DNA of 64,000 nt from a plasmid, in sequence record NZ_CP024444.1; one strand, written 5' to 3'. Under the pieces are notes generated by a model. That model saw only the letters and a program-made list of their open reading frames with translations, was not told the origin of the DNA and ran no database searches. A program made the translations under genes and the position numbers. Below are positions 40,932 to 51,313 of the stretch, in pieces; the stretch's first letter is position 1; each line of letters starts with the position of its first letter.

Positions 40932-41212
40932 CATGACCACGGCTTTTGGTGGTAATGGTTGCAATCTTTTCAGGCAATCATTCCCACGGCTTTTGGTGGG
41001 TATGAGGCCCTCTTGTCTTAGCTCGGATAGTCAAGGCTGGCAAGTATGAAATGCAGGCAATCGCCTACGGATCATGCGGCTTGATGACTTATCGCGTTAG
41101 CAGGAAGTCAGTAAGACCATGAAGCCGTCAGCGAGTGACAAGAGTAATACTGCCAAGACTGACGTTGCTGGCGTCTTTTTGCCAGCAATCCGCCAAAGTC
41201 TTTATCAGTTAA
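40932..41212. repeat. 281 bp non-coding repeat, copy A (second copy at 43687-43967, about 98% identical)
   Basis: Both copies read directly. It contains an internal direct repeat CCACGGCTTTTGGTGG x2 and a terminator-like GCTGGCGTCTTTTTGCCAGC. Confidence 0.8.
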
Positions 41213-41233
41213 AAAACTAACCTTTGCGCAAAT

Positions 41234-41710
41234 TTATGAATTATCTAAAGTAGCTTTATTGGCTAATAACCGAATTAAATCTTTTAACTCATAATCTTTG
41301 TGAGCAATAGCACCAACCTTAATTAACCCATTCTCAATATGGTATAAATCATAAACAATAGCGTCTGATACCAAAACGGGTTGTTCATCAGGTACATTAA
41401 TATCAATTAATCGGATAACAGGTTCGCTATCATCATCCACGCCAGCCGAACCAAAACGTTCTGCACTCACAATAAAAGAAACATCGAAACCATCTAGCCA
41501 AAGTTCAAATAAAAGACTTGCCGGGATATCACGACTACCTTTTTCATAATTGGCATACGTGGATTGGGCAATCGCTAATCGCTCATAAACAGATTTAGCC
41601 GTATAACCTAACCTTAACCGTTCTTGCTTTAATCGCTCACCGATAAACTTGAACGGATATTTTTTAAATTCAGCATCAATCTTTGCCATAAGTTGTTCTT
41701 GGGGGTTCAT
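41234..41710 (-). CDS. XRE-family HTH transcriptional regulator with C-terminal domain
   Basis: N-terminal HTH (LKQERLRLGYTAKSVYERLAIAQSTYANYEKGSRDIP). 158 aa. Its own promoter is distinct from the conserved module. Confidence 0.7.
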   Translation of the reverse strand: MNPQEQLMAKIDAEFKKYPFKFIGERLKQERLRLGYTAKSVYERLAIAQSTYANYEKGSRDIPASLLFELWLDGFDVSFIVSAERFGSAGVDDDSEPVIRLIDINVPDEQPVLVSDAIVYDLYHIENGLIKVGAIAHKDYELKDLIRLLANKATLDNS

Positions 41711-41955
41711 GAGTAAATCCTATGTACCAGTATAAGTATAGTCATATAAAATGCATTAAATATAGCCATTTGACCACATGTTGTCTATCACAACGATAGC
41801 ATCCATAAGTAACATTTGTATTAGCGATAGCTTGATATAGTCCATCACGCCAAATTTTTGGAAAAAAACCCAACCAATTTTTTGGCTGGGCGTTGGGTTT
41901 GACTGGGTGACTGGACGACCAACCTTACCGCATTGGGTAAGGTGGTTTTGCGTGA

Positions 41956-42318
41956 TTATAAAGCAAAGTCTTCGTCTTTGTTTTCGTCTTCAGTGTCTTC
42001 CGAGCGATAGGCTAGACGTAACTGCTGGAAGTAGTTAACCGTATCATAGCCCATACTATCGCGTGACTCACCAAGTACGATGACTTCCATGTAAGCGTCG
42101 TGAGCGTCTTTTGGCAGCTCTTCTTTGATGGTATCAGCTAACCAAAACAGCATAGCGTTATGGTAGCAACCTTCACATACCAAACCTAGACAGTGTGAGC
42201 CATACATGCCACGTCCTGAATACGTGCGAATACGGATATCACCAAAGTCTGACTCAAAGCGTTCTTTGCGTTTTACTAGGGCATCAAATAGTTGGTTGGT
42301 TAATTCTTCAGTAATCAT
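41956..42318 (-). CDS. hypothetical protein (Cys/His-containing, acidic C-terminus)
   Basis: 120 aa. Conserved 5' module at 42322-42470. Confidence 0.6.
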   Translation of the reverse strand: MITEELTNQLFDALVKRKERFESDFGDIRIRTYSGRGMYGSHCLGLVCEGCYHNAMLFWLADTIKEELPKDAHDAYMEVIVLGESRDSMGYDTVNYFQQLRLAYRSEDTEDENKDEDFAL

Positions 42319-42611
42319 AATCTCGTTCCTTTTGGTTGGGTGATGGTAGCGAGCCTATCTCGTTTCCATGTGCTTATAATAACGCTTTAACCGTGTATAA
42401 TCAAGCGGTTTTAGCGTTTATTTAAGGGTTTTCCGACGAACGGTAAAACCGTTTATTTCGCAGTTTGCCGGGCGAACACCCCTATAATTGATGGCTTTTC
42501 ATCTTTGTATTAGCGATAACTTGATATAGTGCATCACGCCCACCCAACCGATGGCGATGCATGGACGAAAAAACCTAGTCACTTCTGACTAGGCTTTATG
42601 CATCCGGCTTG

Positions 42612-43508
42612 TTAAGCGGCTATGGGTTGTTTCTTCTGCGACCAATTTTCTAAGATGTAATTAACTGCTTTTTGGGCGTCCGCTGAAGCTTTGAAGATGG
42701 CGCGTTTGTCAGCTTTTAGCACTTGTAACCATGATTTTAAATAGCTTGCATGGTTGGTTAGTGTGGTTTCTAAGCATCCCATTTCAGCGCATAAAAAGCT
42801 TGCGCCTAGTTCTGCTACAAGTTCCTCCCGAGCGTATGCGGTATCACCGAATTTTTTACCGTATTGGCGGTTTAATCGTTTTTCTGCACCCGTGCTGTGG
42901 ACTAGCTCATGTCCAAGCGTCGCAAACTGTTCATCTAGGTTTACAAAGTCGCTTGCATTCGGCATGCATATCGTATCGATGTAGGGTTTATAACAAGCTG
43001 AATTGTAACCGTATTCAATTTTTACGTCGGTATTTGCAAAGATGGTTTTTGCGGTTTCATTCTCTGCAATGGGTGTTAACGTTTCGTCTTCATCAGGGGT
43101 GATTGCGCTAATATCGCCATCCATTTGGCTAATGTTAAACACACAAAAACTATTTAAAAATGGGATGGTTTCGATGTCACCCTCTTTGTTTTCTTTCTCA
43201 ATGACATTGTAATATGCTAGGCGTACCGATTTTGCACCTTTTTTAACCTGTAAGTTTTTGGCTTGGGCTTGCTTGTAGGTCATCCATACATTGTATTTAT
43301 AATCGCTGTTAATCATGGCTTTGGCTAAGATTAGACGATTAACGCCTTTGTAGAGTTCACCTGTTGAGCCATTGACGCCACCGAAAATGTTGGTAACCGG
43401 ACGGGTTTTCCAGCCTTTTTTCCATTGTGGTAAATCAGTTTCAAGAAGTTCAATCATTGCATTGGTTACTTCTTGGTACATATCGATTTTAGTAGCTGAT
43501 TTTGTCAT
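42612..43508 (-). CDS. ardC: ArdC-like antirestriction protein (N-terminal ssDNA-binding domain + zincin metalloprotease HExxH)
   Basis: N-terminus TKIDMYQEVTNAMIELLE and the HELVHSTG motif. Start moved to the MTKSATK Met at 43508, just after the conserved RBS. The ORF track began 29 codons upstream, inside the module. Confidence 0.8.
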   Translation of the reverse strand: MTKSATKIDMYQEVTNAMIELLETDLPQWKKGWKTRPVTNIFGGVNGSTGELYKGVNRLILAKAMINSDYKYNVWMTYKQAQAKNLQVKKGAKSVRLAYYNVIEKENKEGDIETIPFLNSFCVFNISQMDGDISAITPDEDETLTPIAENETAKTIFANTDVKIEYGYNSACYKPYIDTICMPNASDFVNLDEQFATLGHELVHSTGAEKRLNRQYGKKFGDTAYAREELVAELGASFLCAEMGCLETTLTNHASYLKSWLQVLKADKRAIFKASADAQKAVNYILENWSQKKQPIAA

Positions 43509-43665
43509 GATGTCGTTTCCTTTTGGTTGGGTGTTGGAATTGAGCCTATCTCGTTTCCATGTGTTTATAATAACGGTTTTAGCGTGTATAGTCAAGCGGT
43601 TTAACCGTGTATTTTATGCATTTTCCGACGAACGGTAAAACCGTGTATCTTCAGATGCCGGACAC
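43509..43665 (-). promoter_or_regulatory. conserved promoter/5'UTR/RBS module (ardC copy)
   Basis: TTGACT-N17-TATTATAAAC promoter, CATGGAAACGAGATAGGCTC UTR box and CCAACCAAAAGGAAACG RBS region. Confidence 0.7.
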
Positions 43666-43686
43666 ACAACCCAATAATTAACAACC

Positions 43687-43967
43687 ATGACCACGGCTTT
43701 TGGTGGTGATGGTTGCAAGCTTTTCAGGCAATCATTCCCACGGCTTTTGGTGGGTATGAGGCCCTCTTGTCTTAGCTCGGATAGTCAAGGCTGGCAAGTA
43801 TGAAACGCAGGCAATCGCCTACGGATCATGCGGCTTGATGACTTATCGCGTTAGCAGGAAGTCAGCAAGACCATGAAGCCGTCAGCGAGTGACAAGAGTA
43901 ATACTGCCAAGACTGACGTTGCTGGCGTCTTTTTGCCAGCAATCCGCCAAAGTCTTTATCAGTTTAA
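43687..43967. repeat. 281 bp non-coding repeat, copy B
   Basis: Near-identical to 40932-41212. In both copies it sits immediately distal to a conserved promoter module. Confidence 0.8.
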
Positions 43968-44656
43968 TCACCACGGCTTACCAACTAACCAATAACACCA
44001 ACTAACCTAACATCTTGCCCATCCATAAAATCCACATCAGCCTAAAACACCACAATAGACACCACCATGGCAAAACCTTATGCTAGAACCATAATAGCCT
44101 CTACTGCATTAAGTATATATGCACTAACAAAGGTGACTTACCGGGTAACCACTTATGGCTAGTACATCACGCCAATATCAACCTATCATCGATACCAAAC
44201 TCACCAAGCTTGGGCTAAAAAGTCAGGTAAACCAGTTCATTAAACTAACTGCCATAATCATGGTAATGCCAACAGTGATAGCAAATTATCTCGTCACACT
44301 GCTAACTATTCATAAAAAAGCGAATCGATTAAGACTGCAGGCGCAATTGCCGATACCGACGTTAAAGCAGGCTTATCTTCTGCTTATCAAAGCAAACGAC
44401 GTGTAAACCTGACAAGGTCTTAACCGTACTATAAAAGCACCTAAATAGCCTACCTGACTAAAGCCGTTGTATGGGGGTATCTATAAGTAACGGCTACGAG
44501 CAATAGATTATCCAATCAATGCCTAAGCCAGTTAACTTCCACTTTGTTTTAGCGATAACTTGATGTAGGCTGCCAAACCACACGCCAGTCTTGCCATTAA
44601 CCGCTGCCCATAAAAAACCCTAGTGCGATGACTAGGGCTATTGGGTGGTAAGTGGG

Positions 44657-45043
44657 TTAACCTGTAAAGTTAAAGTAGTGAAAGCTTGCGCGTGTACCGT
44701 TACCTGTTAAGCCATCAGATAAGATACCATACAAACGGTATAGCACATCATGCACTGCATCCGAGCCACAGCTGCGTATCACTAGGTTACCGTTTCTATT
44801 CATACGCTCACCAAGCACCTTATGAAGAATTGGCGTGATGTTCATAAATTTATTGTCTTTGACCAAACCAAAGCGGATTTGGTGGGTGTAACCGCTTGCT
44901 GATACATGGGCTTCATTAGCAACCACATCGACGGTGTGGCGGTTATTCCACATGTATTCAAGCACTTCGCCCATGTCGTTATCGACAGATGGGTTATCTT
45001 GCATCAGGGTAATGATATTTGGGTTTTGAATAGATGTTGTCAT
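44657..45043 (-). CDS. hypothetical protein
   Basis: 128 aa. Conserved module at 45047-45185. Terminator-like CCCTAGTCATCGCACTAGGG + T7 downstream. Confidence 0.6.
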   Translation of the reverse strand: MTTSIQNPNIITLMQDNPSVDNDMGEVLEYMWNNRHTVDVVANEAHVSASGYTHQIRFGLVKDNKFMNITPILHKVLGERMNRNGNLVIRSCGSDAVHDVLYRLYGILSDGLTGNGTRASFHYFNFTG

Positions 45044-45333
45044 ACGTGTTTATCCTTTTGGTTGGGGTTGGTTGCGAGCCTATCTCGTTTCCATGTGCTA
45101 ATAATAACGCTTTTAGCGTGTTTAATCAAGCGGTTTAACCGTGTTTATTGGTATTTTCAGATGAACGGTAACCGAAAAATGCCGACCCTACCCACCCATA
45201 AGTACGACCCATTTGCACTAGCCATCACTTGAAAATAGCACCAATCATGCCTGCCAGCTGTGCCCATCAACCACGCCAGTCAACAATAAAAAAACCTGTC
45301 GTCTGACAGGTCTTAGTAAGTGTGGGGGTGGCA

Positions 45334-46266
45334 TTAGGCGCGTGAGAGTAAAGCTGGTGTGTTTTGCTCAAATGGCGTCACGATGTAGCTAACGTTGCCA
45401 TTAAAATCAGCACTACCAATGCATGATAACGGCTTACCAATGAAATTGTCTTTAATCGGTCTGCCTTTGGCGTCACTGGTAACCGCCTGTACCAATAAGA
45501 TGGTATCAAAGTTTTCGCTATTCATGCCAAGCTTGACCACTTGGTAGAACAGTTTGGCATCGGGTTTGCTAGTTGAGCTTGCCTGTAAAAAATCACCGAC
45601 CTTTAATTGCTCGTTGTATTGGTTTTCTACCATATCCAAGCTTAGGGTGAGCTGCTTGTAAACTTCAATCAAGGCTTCAAACAAGTCAGCCGGGTTATCA
45701 AAATGGCAAGCACTGCTTTGGTTAAATACGGCAATACCGATAGGGCGTTTACCGTCATAAGCCACAATCATCATGATACTAGCGTTCAAGTAGCTTAAAA
45801 TTACATCGGTCCAGGTGGCGTTGAATTTTTCTTTGACCAGTGCGCGACGTCCCTGTACCAATTGATTGCTTTCAAAGTTGTTGCGTGACTCGTTATCGTC
45901 GACGACAAGTTTACCCTTTGGGCTTAATTGGTTGTAGGCAACTTGGGCTTGCTTGATGGTAAATTGGTCAATGTATTTGACATACTGACTAATTTCTTCA
46001 ATGGTGGTTATCATGTCAGGATAAAACAAGGTATTTAGGTTTTTAAGCGGCTGCCCGGTGGGTACGTGCATCTTAGACTGGTTGTCGTGCGTTCTAATCA
46101 CAGTAAAAGGTGGGGTCAGTAGTGTGCCTTTGCTGTGGATTTTGCCGTCATCATTGACCAGCGCATTGTGCCCAGCTTTGCTTTCAGCCATCCAGCTGCC
46201 CAGCATCAGCTTATGATTTTTACTGTATTTGAAGTTATCAATAATAGCGATTAGGGTGTTTTTCAT
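45334..46266 (-). CDS. unknown-function protein, member 1 of a six-paralog family (about 310-350 aa)
   Basis: Shares the family blocks GTLLTPPFTV, SIMMIVAYDGKRPIGIAVFN and the C-terminal IGKPLSCIG block with the 47605, 48760, 52447, 54211 and 60245 genes. Confidence 0.7.
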   Translation of the reverse strand: MKNTLIAIIDNFKYSKNHKLMLGSWMAESKAGHNALVNDDGKIHSKGTLLTPPFTVIRTHDNQSKMHVPTGQPLKNLNTLFYPDMITTIEEISQYVKYIDQFTIKQAQVAYNQLSPKGKLVVDDNESRNNFESNQLVQGRRALVKEKFNATWTDVILSYLNASIMMIVAYDGKRPIGIAVFNQSSACHFDNPADLFEALIEVYKQLTLSLDMVENQYNEQLKVGDFLQASSTSKPDAKLFYQVVKLGMNSENFDTILLVQAVTSDAKGRPIKDNFIGKPLSCIGSADFNGNVSYIVTPFEQNTPALLSRA

Positions 46267-46557
46267 GATGGTTATCCTTTTGGTTGGGGTTATGGTGTCG
46301 AGCCTATCTCGTTTCCATGTACTTATAATAACGCTTTAACCGTGTATAGTCAAGCGGTTTAACCGTTTATATACAAGCTATTCGACGGATGGCTGGCGCA
46401 GGCGCGATGTGTGTTAACCCACACTCCCCCATACATAAGCTCTTATAGCACTAGCTATCGCTTGAATTAGATCAGCTCGCCTGTCCAATACCCACCGATG
46501 CGATGGGCATAAAAAAACTTGCTAGGGTTAACTAGCAAGTCTGTTGTTTGGGTGGGC

Positions 46558-47316
46558 TTATGCTAAGGGACGTTTTTTGCTCTTGGATTTATCATTTTTA
46601 CGGCATTCATTTAATGCCACAAAACTTTTAGCAAGGGTTAGGATGCCTTCTTTATATACTTTCCAAAAATCTAAGGCATCGAATTCCATTCGGGCTATCT
46701 CGCTACTGCTAAAATTTTCCCATTCTTCGATGGTGTGGCATTTACAGCCGATACGGATTTTGTCATTCATCAAGCTGATAAACCACTGATAATCATATAA
46801 ACACAATACCGGATAAGGTAGCTTGGCGAAGGTGATATTTGCACCACGAAAAATGGCTTGTTCAATGTCGCATTGGGTGAAGTCGGTTTGTTTCAATGAT
46901 GCGTTGGTAAAGTTGGTATTAATGGTATTGGCATTGGTAAAAATTGAGCAATCAAGGTTACAGCCATCAAGATGGGTTAATTCTAGGTTGCTATCCGTAA
47001 AGTTACAATTGCTAAGGTTGGCTTGATAAAAATAAGCTTGGCGTAAATCTGCGTTGGTAAAATTTACCCGACGTCCTTTTACATTGGTCATGTTGGTTTG
47101 GCATAAGTTAGCATTTTCAAAATTGGCATTGCTGATATCGCAGTTAATAAGGCTTGCACCGAATAAATTTGCACCGCTTAGGTTTGCACCTGTTAAATCA
47201 AACCCTTTTAAGTCCATGTCTTTTAAGTCGATGTTGCGTAAGTCGGCTTTAACTAGGGTGTCTAAATCAAGTGTGATAGTCGATTTGTTGTATACATGCT
47301 TGATGGTGATAGCCAT
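46558..47316 (-). CDS. pentapeptide-repeat protein with conserved C-terminal Cys module (RIGCKCHTIEEWENF)
   Basis: Tandem A(N/D)LxG pentapeptides throughout. The C-terminal module is shared with three paralogs. Confidence 0.85.
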   Translation of the reverse strand: MAITIKHVYNKSTITLDLDTLVKADLRNIDLKDMDLKGFDLTGANLSGANLFGASLINCDISNANFENANLCQTNMTNVKGRRVNFTNADLRQAYFYQANLSNCNFTDSNLELTHLDGCNLDCSIFTNANTINTNFTNASLKQTDFTQCDIEQAIFRGANITFAKLPYPVLCLYDYQWFISLMNDKIRIGCKCHTIEEWENFSSSEIARMEFDALDFWKVYKEGILTLAKSFVALNECRKNDKSKSKKRPLA

Positions 47317-47319
47317 GAG

Positions 47320-47476
47320 AGTATTCCTTTTGGTTGGGTGATGGTAGCGAGCCTATCTCGTTTCCATGTGCTTATAATAACGCTTTAACCGTGTATAATC
47401 AAGCGGTTTAACCGTGTTTTTACCCATTTTCCGATAAACGGTAAAAGCGTTTTTCGGGTCGGCTGACACGTTTCCC
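47320..47476 (-). promoter_or_regulatory. conserved promoter/5'UTR/RBS module
   Basis: The -35 TTGATT (plus 47397-47402) and -10 TATTAT (plus 47374-47379) are separated by a 17 nt spacer. Confidence 0.7.
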
Positions 47477-47604
47477 TCCAGGTAAGAATGTTTTTTTGAT
47501 ATAGCGATCGTTTGATATAGGCCATCACGCACGCCCAAACAGCGAGCCAAAAAAAACGCCTTACTATCAAGTAAAGCGTTGGGTGGGTGGGTCAAGGCTT
47601 ATCG

Positions 47605-48648
47605 CTAAATACCGTATTTGGACTTAAAAGTTTCAGTCGGAAAGTTGGTCATGACCTTGTCATGTTTGGCAGTCACCATGATTTGTGTATTAACGACAGT
47701 CACAAAACATTCAATCGGTGGTGTGATGTATGCGCCTTGTTTTGGCATAGTGGTCGCTAACATGGGGTTGTCGGCATCTTCAACAAAACCACTAATACCA
47801 CGGATGATTAACGTTTGACCACCATAAAAATCATCGTTGACCACATCAATCACTTCATAGTTTTGACATAAGCCCATTAATAGCCATTTTGAATAAGCAC
47901 TGCTATAACAAATGATATCACCCACCTGAAGTGACGGGTTTGATTGGGTGTTAAGTGATGGCTTGATAGCATGACCAAGTTCGACATATAAATCTGCCAT
48001 TAATTTTAAAATCAAGTTTTGACCTTTGTATTCAATTACGCCACGATGGGTAAACAACACAAGCCCACGATGGGTACTAGCGGTGTTATAGGCAAATACC
48101 ATAAACTCACCATCACGGTAGACGCTTAACAATTCGCTATCAGCATAGTCAAGGTCGGTACAGATGTAGTTTTGGCGAGCAAGGTACAATGGGTCGTTTA
48201 AAAATGCGTTGGGGTCTTGGGGGTGTTGGGCAATATCAAGCACCGCTTTGTCAGTGGCTTTGTAGGCATCATGGAATGAATTGAGCATATTTTGGTCAAG
48301 GGTTTGGACGTATTGTTCCATCTTAGTTTTGCAATCATATACCACATGGTAACTGCTCACCCATTCACCTTTATAAAAGGATGGATATTTACCACTATTG
48401 GGGTTTTCCATCACCCAAATGGCGGTTTCTTTGCTGTATTTAATCTCGCTATTGGGTAAAAACATCGCTTTGGTTACGATAAAGCCGTTAGTGCCGTTTT
48501 GTCTGATTAATGGCTTGATGCTATCAATGCGGTCTTGGATTTCATCAATCAGTTGGGCGTGGTCATGGCTTGTAATCACGCGCTTAGTAAGGTCGTAAAA
48601 ACGTGGGATTGATGTGTTTTGTGGTTTGAGTAAAACGATATCGCTCAT
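47605..48648 (-). CDS. unknown-function protein, paralog family member 2
   Basis: 347 aa. Blocks GEFMVFAYNTASTHRGLVLF and GDIICYSS...LIIRGISGF. Confidence 0.65.
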   Translation of the reverse strand: MSDIVLLKPQNTSIPRFYDLTKRVITSHDHAQLIDEIQDRIDSIKPLIRQNGTNGFIVTKAMFLPNSEIKYSKETAIWVMENPNSGKYPSFYKGEWVSSYHVVYDCKTKMEQYVQTLDQNMLNSFHDAYKATDKAVLDIAQHPQDPNAFLNDPLYLARQNYICTDLDYADSELLSVYRDGEFMVFAYNTASTHRGLVLFTHRGVIEYKGQNLILKLMADLYVELGHAIKPSLNTQSNPSLQVGDIICYSSAYSKWLLMGLCQNYEVIDVVNDDFYGGQTLIIRGISGFVEDADNPMLATTMPKQGAYITPPIECFVTVVNTQIMVTAKHDKVMTNFPTETFKSKYGI

Positions 48649-48759
48649 GGGGTTATCCTTTTGGTTGGGGTCGGATGCGAGCCTATCTCGCTGTCCATGA
48701 GAGTATTATAACGGTTTTACCGTGTATAATCAAGCGGTAAAACCGTTTTTTATGGTTAA

Positions 48760-49746
48760 TTAAGCCACTGCCGGATGATGGTTTGGGTGGGTACCATAAA
48801 CATCAAGCACATTTAAGGCGTGTCTTGTCCCTGCCAGTCCATTAAATATCACCACACCATCCGCGCCTGTGTACAAGCAGATATCAAGGGGTGCGCCAAT
48901 ATACTTACCGCGAATAGGTTGGAACTTTTTATCAAACATAATCGCTTGCATCTTGCCTGTCTGCATCTGCCCACTATTTGGCGTATCAAGGTGGGTGACT
49001 TCATAAAAATGGGTATGAGAGCATTCGTCCATGGCATTGGCTAAAATCGTACCTATCTCAATTGGCTTGCTGTCATTGGCGTGGCTTAATGCCTTTTGGG
49101 TATCGACGTGGTCTTCAATCGCATCATATAGGTGCGCCATGACCAATAGAATACTATTCCACCCGTGATAAAAATAGGTGGCATGGGGCAAGCACAAGGC
49201 ATAGCCTTTTTTGTGTTCTTCGGTGGTGGCAAACAATAAAATATCATCATCAAGCCAACTGCCAATTAACTCAACATAGCGAGCATTAAAATAGCTTTTT
49301 ACGCCCTCTAAGCGATTGCTATACAATGGGTGCAAGTGGCTGTGGATGTGGTAGCCTTGCTTTTGGACAATGGCTTTGGTCTGTTCGCTTGCATCCTTGA
49401 GCCTTTCTTCAAAGTCAGTGATTTGCTGACGGTCACGCTCAAGCACGAATTGACGAGCCGACCACAACTCCCCAAAAAAGTAACTAGGCGTGGTGTATTC
49501 AGCATCAAGTAACGGGCAATCATTGCGTGACGTGAGCACATAACGCCCATTGTTATTGACCGATAGCAAACAAGGCGGCTGAAATAGCGTACCATCACAA
49601 AAATAGACGCCATCTTGAACGTGGCTTTTTTTGGTGACCCGTTGAAAAGGTTGTGAGCAAGTTTTGCTTAGTCCGCGCATTTCTTCGCATAGGGCTAGAT
49701 GGTCGGTGCTGTGTACGATACTTTTCATCAAAACATATAAATTCAT
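48760..49746 (-). CDS. unknown-function protein, paralog family member 3
   Basis: 328 aa. Blocks DGTLFQPP, DDILLFATTEEHKKGYALCL and RGKYIGAPLDICLY. Co-transcribed with the small ORF at 49823-49939. Confidence 0.65.
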   Translation of the reverse strand: MNLYVLMKSIVHSTDHLALCEEMRGLSKTCSQPFQRVTKKSHVQDGVYFCDGTLFQPPCLLSVNNNGRYVLTSRNDCPLLDAEYTTPSYFFGELWSARQFVLERDRQQITDFEERLKDASEQTKAIVQKQGYHIHSHLHPLYSNRLEGVKSYFNARYVELIGSWLDDDILLFATTEEHKKGYALCLPHATYFYHGWNSILLVMAHLYDAIEDHVDTQKALSHANDSKPIEIGTILANAMDECSHTHFYEVTHLDTPNSGQMQTGKMQAIMFDKKFQPIRGKYIGAPLDICLYTGADGVVIFNGLAGTRHALNVLDVYGTHPNHHPAVA

Positions 49747-49822
49747 GGCAATTATCCTATTGGTTTTAAGTGGTGGGTGGGCGGTAAGTGAGCCTTTCTC
49801 AACTAACCGTTAATCAGCATTA

Positions 49823-49939
49823 TTATTTTTTAAGCACGCGTTTAACACTGGGGGCGACTTTGCGTTGAGCCGTTCCCAAATAGCGATACATCATTAAAGA
49901 CAATGGGTAAATAAAAGCACTGATTTGTAAAAAATTCAT
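49823..49939 (-). CDS. small hydrophobic peptide (38 aa) MNFLQISAFIYPLSLMMYRYLGTAQRKVAPSVKRVLKK
   Basis: Unannotated ORF directly after a conserved RBS. One TM with a basic tail. Confidence 0.35.
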   Translation of the reverse strand: MNFLQISAFIYPLSLMMYRYLGTAQRKVAPSVKRVLKK

Positions 49940-49942
49940 GGC

Positions 49943-50095
49943 CGTTCCTTTTGGTTGGGTGATGGTAGCAAGCCTATCTCGCTGTCCATGTAGTTATAAT
50001 AACGCTTTAACCGTGTATAATCAAGCGGTTTAACCGTGTTTTTACCCATTTTCCGATAAACGGTAAAAGCGTTTTTCGGGTCGGCTGACACGTTT
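49943..50095 (-). promoter_or_regulatory. conserved promoter/5'UTR/RBS module
   Basis: Same module, driving the small ORF and the 48760 gene. Confidence 0.65.
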
Positions 50096-50228
50096 CCCTA
50101 CAATTTACTATCCTTGTACTAGCTATGGCTTGATGTAGATCAGCTCGCCTGCCTAACGCCTGCCAAAATCGGTACAAAAAAAGCCACAATACGATGATTG
50201 TAGCTTTGGGTGGGTGGGCGTGATGCGA

Positions 50229-50975
50229 CTAGGCGACTTGCTTTTTAGATGGCGTGATTTTTTTAAGCTGTTGCTCACTAAACGCGGTAGCGATGGCTAA
50301 AATTTCCTCTTTGAATTCTTCCCAAAACTCAATGGCGTAGTCATCCATATCAATGATTTCGTTACCATCAAAATTACGCCATTCTTCAATGCTATAACAT
50401 TTACAGCCAATGCGTAGCATATCGTCACATACGCTGATAAACCACTCATAGTTATACAGGCAAAGCAATTTTTTGGGTAATACGGTGCAATCTAACACGG
50501 TATAGTCAAAAACCGTTCGACGAATATCCGACTTCATCAAATTAGCTTCAGTTAAATTGGCACAGGTAAATTGCGTGGTGTCCAAATTGGTGTTGTTAAA
50601 GACCACCCATTGAAAATTTGAACGGTATAAATTGGATTTGCTTAAATTCACATTGTCAAAAATTGCATGTTTAAAGTCGGCATTGGAAGCCACCACCATT
50701 GCCATATTCGCATTACTAAAGTCGGCATTGCCTGCCCTTGAGCCATTTAAATTGGCGTGAGTCATGTTGGCATGACTAAAATTAGCTTCAAACAGTTCGC
50801 AGTCGGTCATAATAGCCCGTGATAAATTGGCACCGCTAAAATTTGCCTTGGATAAATCAACACTGGTAAAAATAGCACCAGCTAAGTTTTGACCGCTAAA
50901 GTCATAGCCTTGCAGGGTATCAGCATCGATAACTAGGTCGTCTTTCTTGCCAAAAAATTTAATGGTAATACTCAT
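50229..50975 (-). CDS. pentapeptide-repeat protein with C-terminal Cys module (RIGCKCYSIEEWRNF)
   Basis: 248 aa, paralog of 46558. Confidence 0.85.
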   Translation of the reverse strand: MSITIKFFGKKDDLVIDADTLQGYDFSGQNLAGAIFTSVDLSKANFSGANLSRAIMTDCELFEANFSHANMTHANLNGSRAGNADFSNANMAMVVASNADFKHAIFDNVNLSKSNLYRSNFQWVVFNNTNLDTTQFTCANLTEANLMKSDIRRTVFDYTVLDCTVLPKKLLCLYNYEWFISVCDDMLRIGCKCYSIEEWRNFDGNEIIDMDDYAIEFWEEFKEEILAIATAFSEQQLKKITPSKKQVA

Positions 50976-51313
50976 GGGTGTGTCCTTTTGGTTGGGGGTC
51001 GGAATTGAGCCTATCTCGTTTCCATGATGCTATTATAACGGTTTTAGCGTGTTTAATATAACGGTTTTAGCGTTTATTTATCGATTTTCCGATAAACGGT
51101 TTTAACGTTCACCACGCCCACCACCCACCTACCCCGACCCTTAGTCATGCTTGCCTTAGAGTTCGCTTGCGCTAGGTGCATCCTTGCTACCGGATAAAAC
51201 CATCGCCAAAAAAAATGCTATACAGGTGTATAGCATTGACTGGTGTGACTAAGCTTCATTAGACTAGACGGCATCAGGCATGTCATGACTGCCGTATGGG
51301 TTGGCATAGTCAG

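Noticed and set aside
44155-44406. Plus-strand 83 aa ORF in the 690 bp gap between the 281 bp repeat and the 44657 gene
   Set aside because: It has the opposite orientation to every gene in the array, no RBS and a hydrophobic low-information composition. The gap more likely holds a degenerate unit or a regulatory RNA.
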